A stretch of 64,000 nucleotides of DNA. Source: Octopus sinensis. Taxonomy: Eukaryota. Position 1 is the first letter of the stretch; each line of letters starts with the position of its first letter. The notes beneath the pieces were generated by a model. The model saw nothing but the letters and a program-made list of their open reading frames with translations, searched no databases and had not been told where the DNA came from. Of this stretch, positions 1 to 12,686 are shown in pieces. The position numbers were made by a program, and so were the translations under genes. The stretch is from contig NC_043000.1 in NCBI RefSeq assembly GCF_006345805.1, positions 147,870,001-147,934,000 on the forward strand, in the 5' to 3' direction.

Positions 1-221
1 AATACATAAAACTTGAGGTCATTACCCTTAAGATGGTAGAAACGGTTCAAGAAAATGGTGGCCATGGTAATCCATAGTACAGACTGGCTGGAGACATGCA
101 GACTTCAAAGGTCATGACCAAAATAATGATTTGGACAGCCAACAATTGATAATAAAATAACACTAGTCAGAATTTTTAAATATCTAAGAAACAAAATAAA
201 TATATGAAAGAAAAATCATAC

Positions 222-290
222 AAAATGGCGGTGCCCCAGCATGGCCACAGCTCGTGAGCTGAAACTGGATAAAATAAAAATAAAAAATAT
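222..290 (+). mobile_element. Isolated 3' tail of a CR1-type LINE or SINE
   Basis: GGCGGTGCCCCAGCATGGCCACAGCTCGTGAGCTGAAAC plus A-rich tail; near-identical to the 3' end of the CR1 remnant at 4381-4690. Confidence 0.7.
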
Positions 291-1084
291 ACCATAATGA
301 CAATAATAGTAATAACATAAAAAAGTTTGTTATCACATTAGCAGCAATATATATATAGAAAGAAGAAACAAACTGTCCATAATAGCTTTGTTGTTGTTAT
401 TATTATTATTATTATTACTATTATTATTATTAGCAGTAGCAGCAGCATTCTGCCATGTTTCTTAGTGATAGTGTATTAGCAAAAACATGTTTCCAGGTCT
501 TCATTTAACTGCAATTAAGACATTTAAGACAGAAGAAAAAAGTTGCTTTCTTTTTTCTTGTTTTTTTTTTTGGCTCATTTTTTCTCCCCCTGTTGTAATA
601 AGTATGTGATATTGCAAGTGAGATATTGCTAGTATCAATCATCTCAACCAACAATAATAGCTTTGAACATGACAATATTGTAGCAACTATTTGAGACAAA
701 GGGAAATGATAAACCATAATGGAAAAATGAAAATAAGGAAGATTGAAATCTATTGAACAAATTGTGTGCCTGTGGATGGATATATATCTACACACACATA
801 TTTATATGTACAAACACATACACAAAAATATTCACAAGCACACACATATATATCAACATTTTAACGTCCACTTTTTCATGCTTGAATGAATCAGACTACC
901 CATGGCCAGATGGTCCTCCTCCTAAACCCAAAGCCACCACCTATTTCTGAGTAAGGTAATATTTCTCCTTAGCAAAACATGTTTCCCTGAAAGACTAGAA
1001 ATAAATGTATTGTATGACATTGATGCTTGCCCACAACTATTACACAATATCAAAACAAGGAGACACATACACAGAAATATATAT

Positions 1085-1589
1085 ATAACAAGCTATGCGT
1101 AGCTGAACACATGGAAATCCTGAAAAACCTACATGTACCAGGGACCATACTGAACTCCAGAACAGAGATTTTTGGGCCATGCTTGCATTTCAGGAGATTC
1201 CTGTTAGCGATTTGAGAACCGCATAATGGTAATGATAGTGGCATGAGTGGTAATTACACCACAGCTGGAAACTGATTGCTGATGTGAGTAGGAGATAACC
1301 CCCTCATAGCCGACAGGTGGCATATCTGAAGGAGGACGACACAGCTGGAAATCAATGACCAGCACCAAAGGGAGATAATCTCCAATGTTTATATCTGTAT
1401 CGTTTTCTCCTTCATATTTTAAAGAGGTCATAGGCCATCATGTCTTAGGGTCTGAAGATATGCCATAAAAGTACCCTTTATGGTGAGGAACTCAGGGTAA
1501 CCCTATAAACTGGCCTTCACCAGTAATGAATATAGACTGCTCTACTTCTTGGAGTGTGCTTCTTTGGATTTATGTTTTTCTAAAAAAAC

Positions 1590-1590
<1 letters not shown>
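1085..1590 (+). mobile_element. Penelope-like element (PLE) 3' remnant: endonuclease C-terminus plus terminal repeat
   Basis: ORF 1027-1215 ends KLCVAEHMEIL..TILNSRTEIFGPCLHFRRFLL, matching the PLE GIY-YIG-region C-terminal pattern C.LC..E...IL...LN.R.E....C.H...FLL. A hammerhead-like motif follows at 1447-1504, then (TA)n. Confidence 0.6.
1447..1504 (+). ncRNA. Degenerate minimal type-I hammerhead-like motif
   Basis: AGGGT(1447-51)-CTGAAGA-[CCATAAA/TTTATGG hairpin]-GGAAC-TCAG-G-GTA-ACCCT(1500-04). Stem I pairs; the GAAA box is mutated. Confidence 0.35.
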
Positions 1591-1640
<50 letters not shown>

Positions 1641-1645
<5 letters not shown>

Positions 1646-1830
1646 GCCATGATAGATCAGTAGCCACTACACACATTTTTTTCTCTCCTTGTTTCTTTCT
1701 GTGGAAGAGCATAGGCTCAAAACGTAAAAGACTTTTTCAATTCCTGAGCATTATACTAATGCATCTGTTTGTTTTGTACACCACCTGTCTTTGTCTTTTG
1801 TTTTTTCGTGAATTCTCCCCTTGTATATAT
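1641..1830 (+). mobile_element. PLE-type terminal repeat, family P1 (hammerhead-like motif 1694-1731)
   Basis: TCTTT-CTGTGGA-A-GAGC(ATAG)GCTC-AAAA-CGTA-AAAGA; homologous inverted copy at 2040-2200. Confidence 0.55.
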
Positions 1831-2039
1831 ATATATACACATACACACTCAAGTGAGCACATAAGTGCAAAACAAGGTGGAAAAAATAGTACTTGAATAC
1901 CAAAGGCAGAGTAATATACTTTTTATTCAAGCTGCAAAATTATCACAGAACTATTATTCAGAGTATCACGTTCCTCTTTGTTGGATGATAATTTTGTGGC
2001 TTTAATAAAAAGTATATATATATATATATATGATGATAT

Positions 2040-2200
2040 ATATGTAGTTGAAATTTATAGAAAAACAAAAGATGAAGACAAGTATATGAACAGCAAGCAG
2101 GTGTATTAGTTTGATGCTCAGAAAAATGAAAAAGTCTTTTATGTTTCAAGTCTATGCTCTTCAACAGAAAGGAATAAGAGAAAATAAACAAAGAGAATGA
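2040..2200 (-). mobile_element. PLE-type terminal repeat, family P1, inverted copy
   Basis: Minus strand reads CCTTT-CTGTTGA-A-GAGC(ATAG)ACTT-GAAA-CATA-AAAGAC (2172-2134) and aligns by eye to 1690-1830. Confidence 0.55.
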
Positions 2201-2749
2201 AAAAAAAAACTTGTAGATTTAGTAGTCAAGCATGGCAAATGATTAGAAAAAAGTTTGAAAGAGGTTAAAAGAAAGGGAGATAATAAAGTGCTGGTGATCC
2301 CAAATGAAGGTGCATGTGTGTGTATGGGAGAATGGTGTGTATGAATAGGGGCTAGTGACTCTGATATGTGAGTGTGTGCATCTGTAATGAGTGTGTGTGT
2401 TGTGTATAGCAGTTGAGGTGTGCTTTTTCATGTGGTGTGTGTACATGTGTTTATATTTATATATGTATGTTAATACCTAACAGTGAGAATGAGTGCTCAA
2501 TGCTGCACTAGAGGATAATATTCTTTACTTGTAGGTTAACAAGGCTAGTTTCATGCTGAGAATTCTCAACAATTATCATACCTGTCATATGGGACATTGG
2601 TATTCATCGTTCTCTATATATTCCATACCAGCATGGAAAGCAGACATTAAATGATGGTGTTGGACAATGATATCTGACTGTTTTGTTTTAATATCCACTC
2701 ACAGGGTTTTGTTTTGCCAGAAACTATATGTATAACATATATATGGCGG

Positions 2750-3099
2750 ATGCTAGCACTGCCTCGACTGGCTTCCGTGCCGGTGGCATGTAAAATGCAC
2801 CATCCGAATTGTGGCCGATGCCAGTGCCGCCTTGACTGGCTTCCGTGCCAGTGGCATGTAAAATGCACCAATCCGACCATGGCCGTTGCCAGCCTCGCCT
2901 GGCACCTGTGCAGGTGGCACGTAAAAAGCACCCACTACACTCATGGAGTGGTTGGCGTTAGGAAGGGCATCCAGCTGTAGAAACATTGCCAGATAAGACT
3001 GGAGCCTGGTGCAGCCTTCTGGCTTCCCAGATCCCTGGTCGAACCGTCCAACCCATGCTAGCATGGAGAACGGACGTTAAACGATGATGATGATGATGA
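2750..3099 (+). mobile_element. (GAT)n-tailed retroposon (family C) with three tandem 5' modules
   Basis: GCC(G/A)GTGGCA(C/T)GTAAAA module x3, body GAGTGGTTGGCGTTAGGAAGGGCATCCAGCTGTAGAAA, (GAT)n tail; many copies in the window. Confidence 0.85.
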
Positions 3100-3536
3100 C
3101 ATAATATAGTATTTCACTTTCCTTTTACTCCTTCCCAATCTCCCCTACTAATGGCATTAGCATAGAAGGTGGACGTTAAACAAGGATAATGATGATGATG
3201 ATGATACTGCGTAACATTAGATTTTATATACAAGTTATGTTTTAATCAAGATGACTCCTATTTATTATCATATATCTTATTAGTCATGAGGGAAGCTGTG
3301 GCCATGATACTTTACAGAGCTTTCACCAAAAGTACTAATAAATTGCATACCAAAATTATCTTATAAAAATTGACAAATGTTTTGATGTTTTTTTTTTCTA
3401 TTATTATTCCAATTAGCTTTTACTAGAATTATTTTAGAAATGAATTTTTAACAGTTCCTTTAAGAATATTCTAATACTGATGACACAAAAGTAAAACAGC
3501 AACACAAGCAAAATTCGAGGAAGCCATCCAGTTTAA

Positions 3537-3752
3537 CCCTTTCATATATAAATTGGTCATATCCAGACCAGATATTCTACCTGTTTTATGTTCAAATTGA
3601 CCATATCTAACCCCTCACACTTACCCTACAATTTCATACCAAAAATAATCAAGCACATCGTTGACATCTCAATGTAAAAAGATAAAGCATGGGTAATTCA
3701 AAATAATGTGAATAAATAAGCATTACATTTGACAAAATAATCTAAATGCTAA
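3537..3752. mobile_element. Degraded piggyBac-like MITE (relative of 12123-12342)
   Basis: Starts TTAA|CCCTTT; interior aligns to 12123-12342; right TIR eroded. Confidence 0.5.
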
Positions 3753-4380
3753 ATATCATCACAGAGATGCAAGGCCTTATTGGCATTTGCTTTCTTTTGG
3801 ACAAAATTGATAGGCTGGAAGAAAGAAAGATAAAGTGAGAGAGGCTTGCATGCATGAGCAACTGCTAGTTTTCCATAAAAAAAGTTCTTGTCTAGGACTG
3901 CTCTTAAGATACATACAGAGACTTTGTATGTATAATCTTTACAACACATATGGACAGCCTTTAACAAGAAGAGGGTCACGTGAAACATAGCTCATTGTCA
4001 GGCAGGCTACTATTAAAACAATATTCAAAGTAATTTTTAAAAAAATGGTGTTGTGCCTTTCAGAAGTTTGCCCAAGACTGCTTTGCAACAATGCCACTGT
4101 ATCCATCAGTATTATTAAAGAAATAGAATATAATACTATTTATATAAGTAGAATGCAAAAGTTTTAATTTAAGTAAGTTTTAATTTGCTTTTAGAGTTTT
4201 TAAAAAGTGAGAAGTATTTATAGTTTTTTTTTTAAAGAATACAACTAAAAATTAAGGATAACAAGGTGAGGTTACTGCAATGACAGTTTAATTTGATTTG
4301 TTGAAGGTTAATAGATTGTGGAAAACTGAGAAGAGTACAGAGATTCTATAAGGATATAGAGACAATATATATATATATAT

Positions 4381-4690
4381 TTTTTTCTCACTAGTTTCAG
4401 CTCAGAGCTGCGGCCATGCTGATGCACCGCCATTTTGTGCTACACTGTTGTTGCGAAGAACCTCGTCTAATATGTGGCACTTGGTGAAGAATGGAGTTTG
4501 ATATAGCTACCCTCATTTGCACCTCTTGCTATGAGGTAGGTTCATCTGGGACTCTCGACGGGAAGATGTCCAGCTTTGATTTAAAAACCGCTACATCTAC
4601 TTTGTGCAAGTTCCTCAGACTCTTTGGGAGAATATTAAAAAGCTGTGGGCCCTTGAAACCCAGGCTGTTGCAGACTGTTTATATCTGATA
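4381..4690 (-). mobile_element. CR1-type LINE, 5'-truncated 3' end
   Basis: Minus strand translates NSLGFKGPQLFNILPKSLRNLHKVDVAVFKSKLDIFPSRVPDEP, a typical CR1 ORF2 C-terminus, then 3' UTR and A-rich tail. Confidence 0.8.
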
Positions 4691-6519
4691 TATCTAACTA
4701 TTTTTCAATTGTGTTATTTTTCCTTAATTTTCCTACATAGAAATGATGTCTAAAGTGTTTAAGAAAGAAGAGATATAAGAAGATGCAACATTGAATACCT
4801 TTCTTATAAATGTATGTAATATTAATAAAATGAAATGATTATTAGTGTGAAACAAAACTGGGCCACAGCAAGTACCATACAGGACGCTTGTTACCCCTAG
4901 TTATAGTTTAATATTTTCTCATATAAGCATAGTACTTCTCTTGTTTCCATTCACATCTATGATTTATTTTAAGATTACAAATGGACCTTAGTATTTGAAT
5001 GGTACTTTACCAGCCCTAAAAGGATGAAAAGCAGAGTTGGTCATGATGGAATTTGAACTTATAATGTAAAGGGCAAGAATTAAATGCCACAAGACATTTA
5101 ATGCTTGAATGACCCACCAATCCATGTTTCTAATATGATTGGAAGATGGAATTATTAGTGATGACACTCGCACCTTTCTAAAGACTATTAATAACTTTCA
5201 TAGACACAAGACCACAAATTTGTAAAGGTAGAGGAGAATAGCTGATAGAATCAACATCATAAACTGGCATATATTTTATTATCCTGGAGGGATGAAAGGC
5301 CAAGTCAACCCTGGTGATATTTGAACTCTGAACATAAAGTGACAAAACCAAATACGGGGAAGCTTTTAATCTAGCACTCTACTGTTTCTGCCATTCCAAC
5401 ACCTTCAATTTTATATTAATGATGAGTAGGATAGGTGATGACAAATTTGGAAAAGGGAGTTATTTTAGTTGTACAAACAACTAGAAGATATTCAATCCAG
5501 CACAGATTTAGATGATTGTCTCACATGCTTTAACAATAAGGTATTTATGGTTTAGATAATAATTTGAACAATAATTAAAAAACCCTTAAAGAAGCAAGGG
5601 TTAAAAAAATAGGGATATGATGGTGGCGGTAGTAGTAGTAGCAGTAATTGATAATGATGGTTGATATCAAGTAAAATATTTATCTCACACAATTGAGATA
5701 AATACAGGTTAGTTGCTTGACATTTTGTAATTAGAGATATGTGTTAATGAGTAATGAACCCAGGGGGAAATTATGGTGTTCATGCCTTTCACAAAGGCAT
5801 TGGTGGTGTAAGTGAAATGAAATAGTTACAACTAAGTATCGAAACCAGATAACAAAATTCTGTTGGTTAGGTGCATACTTTCAACTTTACACCACTTGCC
5901 AAGGATTATGGTTACAGAACAAACTATTAATTTATTGATTTTATGTGGGAAGGGCTAAAATGGAGAGTTTGATGAATAGAGTTTTATTAGTAAAAAAAAA
6001 AGAAAAAAAAAAGAAAGAAAAATTGGATAATCTTAGTTATTCACAAATTTACAGAATTATCAAGAATTTAATTTGTAGGACGAAAAAAATTAATTAATAT
6101 TGACATCTTACATTGGAACAGAGCCGCAAATTTGCCAGGAAAGGGTAGAAGTTGACTGAATTAACCACAATGCATGGTTGGTCCTAATTTTATTGGCTGT
6201 GGTCATATGAAAGATGAAGTCAACTGCAGTGAGATTTATAACTGTGTACTCTGAATGTACCTTTGGCTATTATTGCCCTCTTTCTTTACCTGTCTTACTG
6301 CTGTTTTCAACTCTTTTTTTCCCCTCTTTTCTGATGAGGTATAGTTCACATGAACACTGTATACACTTAGTTCATTATCATAAACATTATATAATACAAA
6401 TACAGAAATAAATATTTCAAAAGCATCTAAGCCCAGTGCTTTATCATTTCAATTGACTCATACCTTCCATGAGTATTAATATTTTTTATTTTATTAAGAA
6501 TACATAAATTGTCACAGAT

Positions 6520-6709
6520 ATACATACATATATATAATATATATATATACACACATACATATATATATATTTATATATACATATATATATATATACATAC
6601 ATACATATATATATATACATATATATATACATACATATATACATACATACATATATATATATTATATATACATATATATATATATATACTATATATATAT
6701 ATATAATAT

Positions 6710-6742
<33 letters not shown>

Positions 6743-6777
6743 CACACATACATATATATATATATTATATATATATA

Positions 6778-6816
<39 letters not shown>

Positions 6817-6862
6817 CATACATATTATATATATATATATTATATATATATATACATACACA
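6520..6862. repeat. Compound (TA)n/(TACA)n microsatellite
   Basis: Directly visible. Confidence 0.95.
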
Positions 6863-7087
6863 CACAGAGTAAAAGAGAAAATATCTTATATAAAAAAATT
6901 AATTTCTTACATAATTTAAAAAAATTGAAATTGTAACATGCATTGTAAAGGGAAGTACCAACAAAACATGATTAAAATCTTCACTCATAGTGAAACAGAA
7001 AGATTTCATCAGTTATGAATCAGACTATGTATGTATGTGATATGTAACAAAGTTATTTCTTTATATTACTGTGCAAGCACATATGTA

Positions 7088-7957
7088 CAAAGGGGTACCC
7101 AAAAGTAACTGGAAATGTTCTCTGTAGGACAAGCCCGTTGTAGTCTAGGCTTCCACCACTAGAAGTCAATTGATGCAACCCTCAGGCATCAGTCTGCAAA
7201 TGGCATTGTCCAGTGAGATCATACTGCCATATGGTGCATCTTTTGTTTTGCAGTGCTTCTCACCTGTTTGTTGATTTTTGTGATGGCTGAAACAAAGGGG
7301 CAGCATGCTTCCATAAAATTCTGTTTTCTGCTGGGGAAAACGGTGGCTAAAACAGTTGTCATGTTTCAATCAGCTTACAAGGATGCCACCATGAGCAAAA
7401 CACAAGTTTTTCCTTTAGGAATGGTCACTTGTTGCTTGAGGACCAACCTCGTTCAGGGCAACTATCGAACTCCCGAAGGAATGAAAATATCATGAAAACT
7501 CATGAACTGATTTTGGAGGACCATGACTGAACAATTGACAATTGACAAACTTGTGTCTTGGAGCTCCTGCCAACGAATTTTGAGCGAGGAATTGCAAATG
7601 AAAAGAGTTGCAGGAAAATTTGTGCCTTGCTTGCTCACAGAAGATCAAAAGCAGTCACAACTAAATGTTTGTTGTGAACTGAAAGAACAGTTGGAAGTTG
7701 ATCTGGACCTTTTTTTTTTGAAGGTCATCACTGGTGACAAAAGCTGGTTCTATGGAATTTGCAGATGTGGAAGAAATGAAGGAAAAAAAACACGAAGGAG
7801 GCGTTAAAAGGTATCATTTCACAAAAGTTCCAGCACTGCTTCAAACAGTGAAAAGCATGTCTGGAGAACATTTTGAAGGCAATAAAAGTGTAAACGTGTA
7901 AGACTAAGTGAATAAAATAATACTGGAAAATTCTGGCTTCTTTTGCGTACCCCCTTG
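7088..7957 (+). mobile_element. Internally deleted mariner-type DNA transposon
   Basis: TA duplicated at 7086-87 and 7958-59; imperfect ~27-bp TIRs (CAAAGGGGTACCCAAAAG / CTTTTGCGTACCCCCTTG). Broken ORFs give HTH-like QHASIKFCFLLGKT and FVPCLLTEDQK..VITGDKSWFY; most of the catalytic domain is deleted. Confidence 0.9.
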
Positions 7958-9765
7958 TAATATGCCTTTGCTTGTGTGTATGTACATGGGTACATGAATG
8001 AGAGAATGATGCTCAAATCACAGTGACCTACAAGGTAAAGTGTGTGTGTGTGTGTGTAAACCACCAGCATCACTTTCAAGTGAGTATGACATGGTAGCAT
8101 GTACCATTTTCCATCAATTAATTTAGACATGTATGTAGTCATAAAGCAGAAATGGACAACCCCTTGGCCCCAACAAAACATCAAGAACGTGACAGTTGGA
8201 GGAAGAGAGGGCAGCGCCAGCATTCAGTTGTCCTCATTTTCAGTTGAATAGACTGGTGCAATGTTCAAGAGCACAATACATAATCTTGTCCTTGAATCAA
8301 ACCAAGCTTACACTCATGAATCCAAGAACTTAACCCACACACCACGTACTTTCACATAAATACATACATAAATATATATATATATTATATATATATATAT
8401 ATATATATGAGTGTGTGTGTGTGTGTGTGTTTATAAACACACTCACTCACACACACACATATATATATATATAATGATATGATAACCATAGTTGAAGTAT
8501 GTGATTAATGGTTATAAGGAAAAAACAATTCTATGGAGATTTAATTTTGATCCACGAATCAAATTCTTACGTTTAAGACTTATATATAACTAGAGATTTG
8601 AAAAGAACTTCCCATAAATAAATAACTAAAGTTATATATATATAGACATACACACACATACATAATAGTATTTAGAATAGCACTAAACTTCTTTTTACTA
8701 TGCAATCAACTAGATTGAAAGAAAATGAACCATTTAATCATTTCTATAAGAAGAAAAGAGAAAAATAGCAATCAATGTTATCTTAAATTGAGAACAAAAA
8801 AGTTCACTTAATTTCACAATTTTCAGTAAAGAAAAAAAAAAAAAAAGAATTGAGATAAAAATACAAAAAGGATGAATGCTAAAAAGTTCCAACAGCAACT
8901 TTCTGCTATGAAAGTAGATATTTTATTTGTTTGTTTTATGGCCAATTTTGTAAGAAGAATGATATTGATTGCATCAACCAAGGTATTTTCCGGGTATTTA
9001 TTTCAGTGGTTTTATTGGAAGTGTGTGAATGACAAAATTCACCTTTGCTAGGATTTGAAATCAGAATAAAGTGAGCAGAAAATAAATACTATAAAGGATT
9101 TGGTAAAGTGTTCTATTGTGTAGCAGGAGAGTGTATATGCAGCAGGAGTGTGTATTTTATGTAGAATTGATTGATTTTACACCTCTAAGTATTTAATTTG
9201 TTGATACACATCACCATTGGTATGAAGAATAAAAGTAAATTTAAGACAACAGCAGAATTTGAACTCAAAACACTGAGATAATGGACCTGATGGTATAAAA
9301 GCATTGATGCTGCTTATGATAAACTAATGTAGATATGAAATGAAAGACTTTTAAAAGAGATGAAGTGATGTTCATGCTGTTCTATTTAGCATTAGCTAAT
9401 TAATGTATGAAAAGGGGAATTAGACCCATTTGTTGAACCAAATTCATTTTGCATTATTCAGATAACCAGGCTCTTACCTCACTAATCTGATGACATACGT
9501 TTTTGTCAAGATGAGTTCATGTCTTGTGGAATACAGAGGATTCTAAGCTGAAACCATTTTATCAGTTTTCTAAAATAATGATTAGAAAACAATTCTACAT
9601 TTGCTTTATGTGAAATGGTCATTAGCATCAGCATCACTACGATCGTCACATAAACATCAAGACAAGAAGAGTTATATACCCTGCATAGAATCACAACACT
9701 ATGGCTGAAGTGATATTCAAATTCATTTTCTTGAAATCAGTAGTCAAGCTGATACACTAAGAATA

Positions 9766-9804
<39 letters not shown>

Positions 9805-12122
9805 CTGGATCGGGATTCAAAAGGTAGGTTCCTAGCATTTTCAAATTTATAAATTATCGAATTATTGTGCAGAGGACGGGAATGAATTTGTATAATTCTA
9901 ACCCAGTAACGAGTCCACAATTAATCAAGACTGTTTGATTTTGTTATTTTTCTCCTTTTGCCTATGTGAGTTACAAATATTGTTATCTGTGGAGTAATAT
10001 CTGTAGTAAAAAAAGAATAAGCTGTTTTTGGCTGCTATTTCTAAATTTTTGGTATGTGGTGAAGCAACTTGTTGCTTAACCCTTAATTATATAAATTATT
10101 ATTAAGCGTTTATATAAAATCTTTTCACTTTTTTATGCAGTCTTGCATATTCTTTGTGCTATTATTCACATCATCCAAGCAACAAAGGGAATCCAATGAT
10201 GACTTGGGCTGTTGTACAATTACAGAAAAGGGATTCCACATTATTTCTCATTGTGAGAAATAATTATGCTTGTCATGAGACCAAATCCAATGTGAAGTTG
10301 ATTAAGATATATTTTCACAGAAATTAACACATGCCTGGATTCACAAAGCAAAAGCTCTGAGTTCATAAAAATATGAATTATTTGACATTGATCCAGTTTC
10401 AGTAATTCCCTTATACAAATAACTTTCATTTTCACTTTACTTATGTCTGCCAAACACAATTAATTTTGATGGATTATGCAAGCTGGAGCCATCACTCAAA
10501 ACTATAATCCTACAGGTTATAGATTTAGGTTATAGGCCAAACATGCCATTTAGTTTAACACCACTAACTGGTCCATGAGAAGAATTCATTCTATTGTAAG
10601 TATCCAGACTAGAAAAGAATGGACTAAACTCAAGTTCCTTTTCTACTAACATTTTCCCTGCAGATCTCAAAGTTTGGCCTCACCTGCATCAATGTCATTT
10701 GTCTGAAATAACCTGCAAAGGTCAATGCAATGTTCTGACTAATGCTTTTAAAAACATTATTTAATTAGTTTGAAATCTATGCAGAACATCATTCTCCTAT
10801 ATATCTCAATTGTGTGTAATTTCTTATGAAAACAGAACATTTTAATGTCTTTTTTGGTAATAACAGGAAATCTTGTGCAATAAGAATTCTTGCAGAGACA
10901 CAAAAAAGGTCCTCAGATTTATAGCACTGGAAAGATGAGCCCATGTAATGTTTATACTTTCTCAGAACTCAAGTGATGTAAGTTAAAGTCTACAACCAAG
11001 ATATTTGAGAGTAGAATGTTAACTTTTTCTATGTTTTAAGTTCAAAATCCTGCTGATTTAACTTTGACTTTCATTGCACTGAAAAATGAAAATCAGGCAT
11101 TAATCAATTTAATAAAATGTATGGTTTGGGTTATTGTTGTTGTTATAGTTTTGGTGATGTCAACTAAAAAAAAAAAAAGACAGAAAAATGAACTACAAGA
11201 TTTGAGGATTATGAGATTTAAAGAGTTCAGATTAGCAAAGTATTATATTAGTTTTGTTGTTCATCTCCCTCTACAATGTCACCGAGAAAATAATTCCCAG
11301 CAATATACCTGAGTTGATTCAATTGTCATATTTCTGTAAAAGAAATTGGCCTTGTGACTAGTCAAAACAAAATAATAATAATAATAATGATAATATGTTT
11401 AATTCAAAAACAATTTGCATACAAAGAAAAGTAATAAAAACAGATTCTTTTTATTAAAAAATATATATACTGTATTTTCATATTTGAAGAATATTCCATG
11501 ATATACAAATTATTATAGTCGTTTGTATGATTTTTAATTAAAAAAATAAAAACAAATGGATAACAAGAAAAACATGCAAAAATGATCATTAAAACTATAA
11601 ATTCCAGTGTTAAAACCAAAGCATTTGTGTGTTTGTGCTTGTGTGTGTGTGTATCTTGCTCTTCATATACATGACCATTTTTTTTTCTGTGATAGTATAC
11701 AGTACTGGATTTGATGAATAGAGGCCCAAAACTATTTCTCTTCTGAGGGCCCTTCCCAAACCACTACTTTCAACGAGAATTATTGAAATATGCCCTGGCC
11801 AGAGAGCCCTGAGATTTTGAGGCTTCAGGCTTCAGCTGCTTGACAAGCAAACAGGTAAATCCAGCACAGGTAGAATGAATGTGTTTTGCGGGGCAACTGT
11901 TTTCAAATGCTCTTATTACTAATAATAACCACTCACTTGTCAAGTATGAGTGAAACTTTTCATTATTACTTAAGCAAACCAAGACAAAAAGAGTTACATA
12001 CCATGGCCTAGGGAAACCATATTTTGGCTGTCAGAAAGTTTGAACAAATTTCTCTGTAATCAGTAGTCTGCTTAATACAACAGTAATTCACTTCTGTTGA
12101 CAGTAAATTTTCTATGCTTTAA

Positions 12123-12342
12123 CCCTTTAGTGTTTAAACTGGCCATATCCGGCCGAAGTTTTCTACCTGTTTTATGTTTAAACTGACCAGATCAGGGCTC
12201 TCACACCTAACCTACAGTGACATTCTAAAAATGAACAATCACGTCATTGAAACCTCAAAGCTATAAGATAATGCATGATTAATTAAAAGCAATTTGAGAA
12301 AAAAAATATTACATTTAACAGAGTAATCTGAACACTAAAGGG
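12123..12342. mobile_element. piggyBac-like MITE (family PB2)
   Basis: TTAA on both sides; TIR CCCTTTAGTGTT / AACACTAAAGGG; 220 bp. Confidence 0.8.
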
Positions 12343-12686
12343 TTAATAATTGTTAAACACTTTGAAAAGTAATTATTGAAATTTCAGGCAACTTTTCTAG
12401 TCTCTATGTTAATTATATTTCTCTCTTGTAGATTTATCTTAACGACATAATTTCTAACATAGGCAAAAGGGGACCAGTTGATTATATTTATCTGGGTTCT
12501 TGACTTCAGAAGGATAAAAGGTAAAGTTAACCTGGGTGAGATTCAATCTCAGAATGTTAGGGAAAACAACTAAAGACTGCTTGACATTTTGTCTGATGCA
12601 AAACTGACTTTGCCAATCCACTCAATAATTGCTTATAGAGAACTACAGCTGAATTGGTTGCTAGAGTGTAAGCCTTCCAATATTAA

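Noticed and set aside
1850-2010. Further hammerhead-like shape on the minus strand (10-bp AAAATTATCA/TGATAATTTT stem around an AGAG/CTCT hairpin)
   Set aside because: Both core boxes are too degenerate (CCAACAA, GAAT) to support a call from one copy.
6486-6753. Many [12 protein letters not shown]-type ORFs (also about 1.6, 14.2-14.6, 15.7, 20.3-21.2, 35.2 and 58.9-59.6 kb)
   Set aside because: They are translations of (TA)n, (CA)n and (GA)n microsatellites.
10664-11333. Possible minus-strand micro-exons (11333-11309 and about 10.70 kb) and other isolated AG..GT pairs at 4.2, 9.5, 13.6, 19.4 and 20.1 kb
   Set aside because: They are very short or closed in all frames, give no recognisable peptide, and such pairs are expected by chance in 64 kb.
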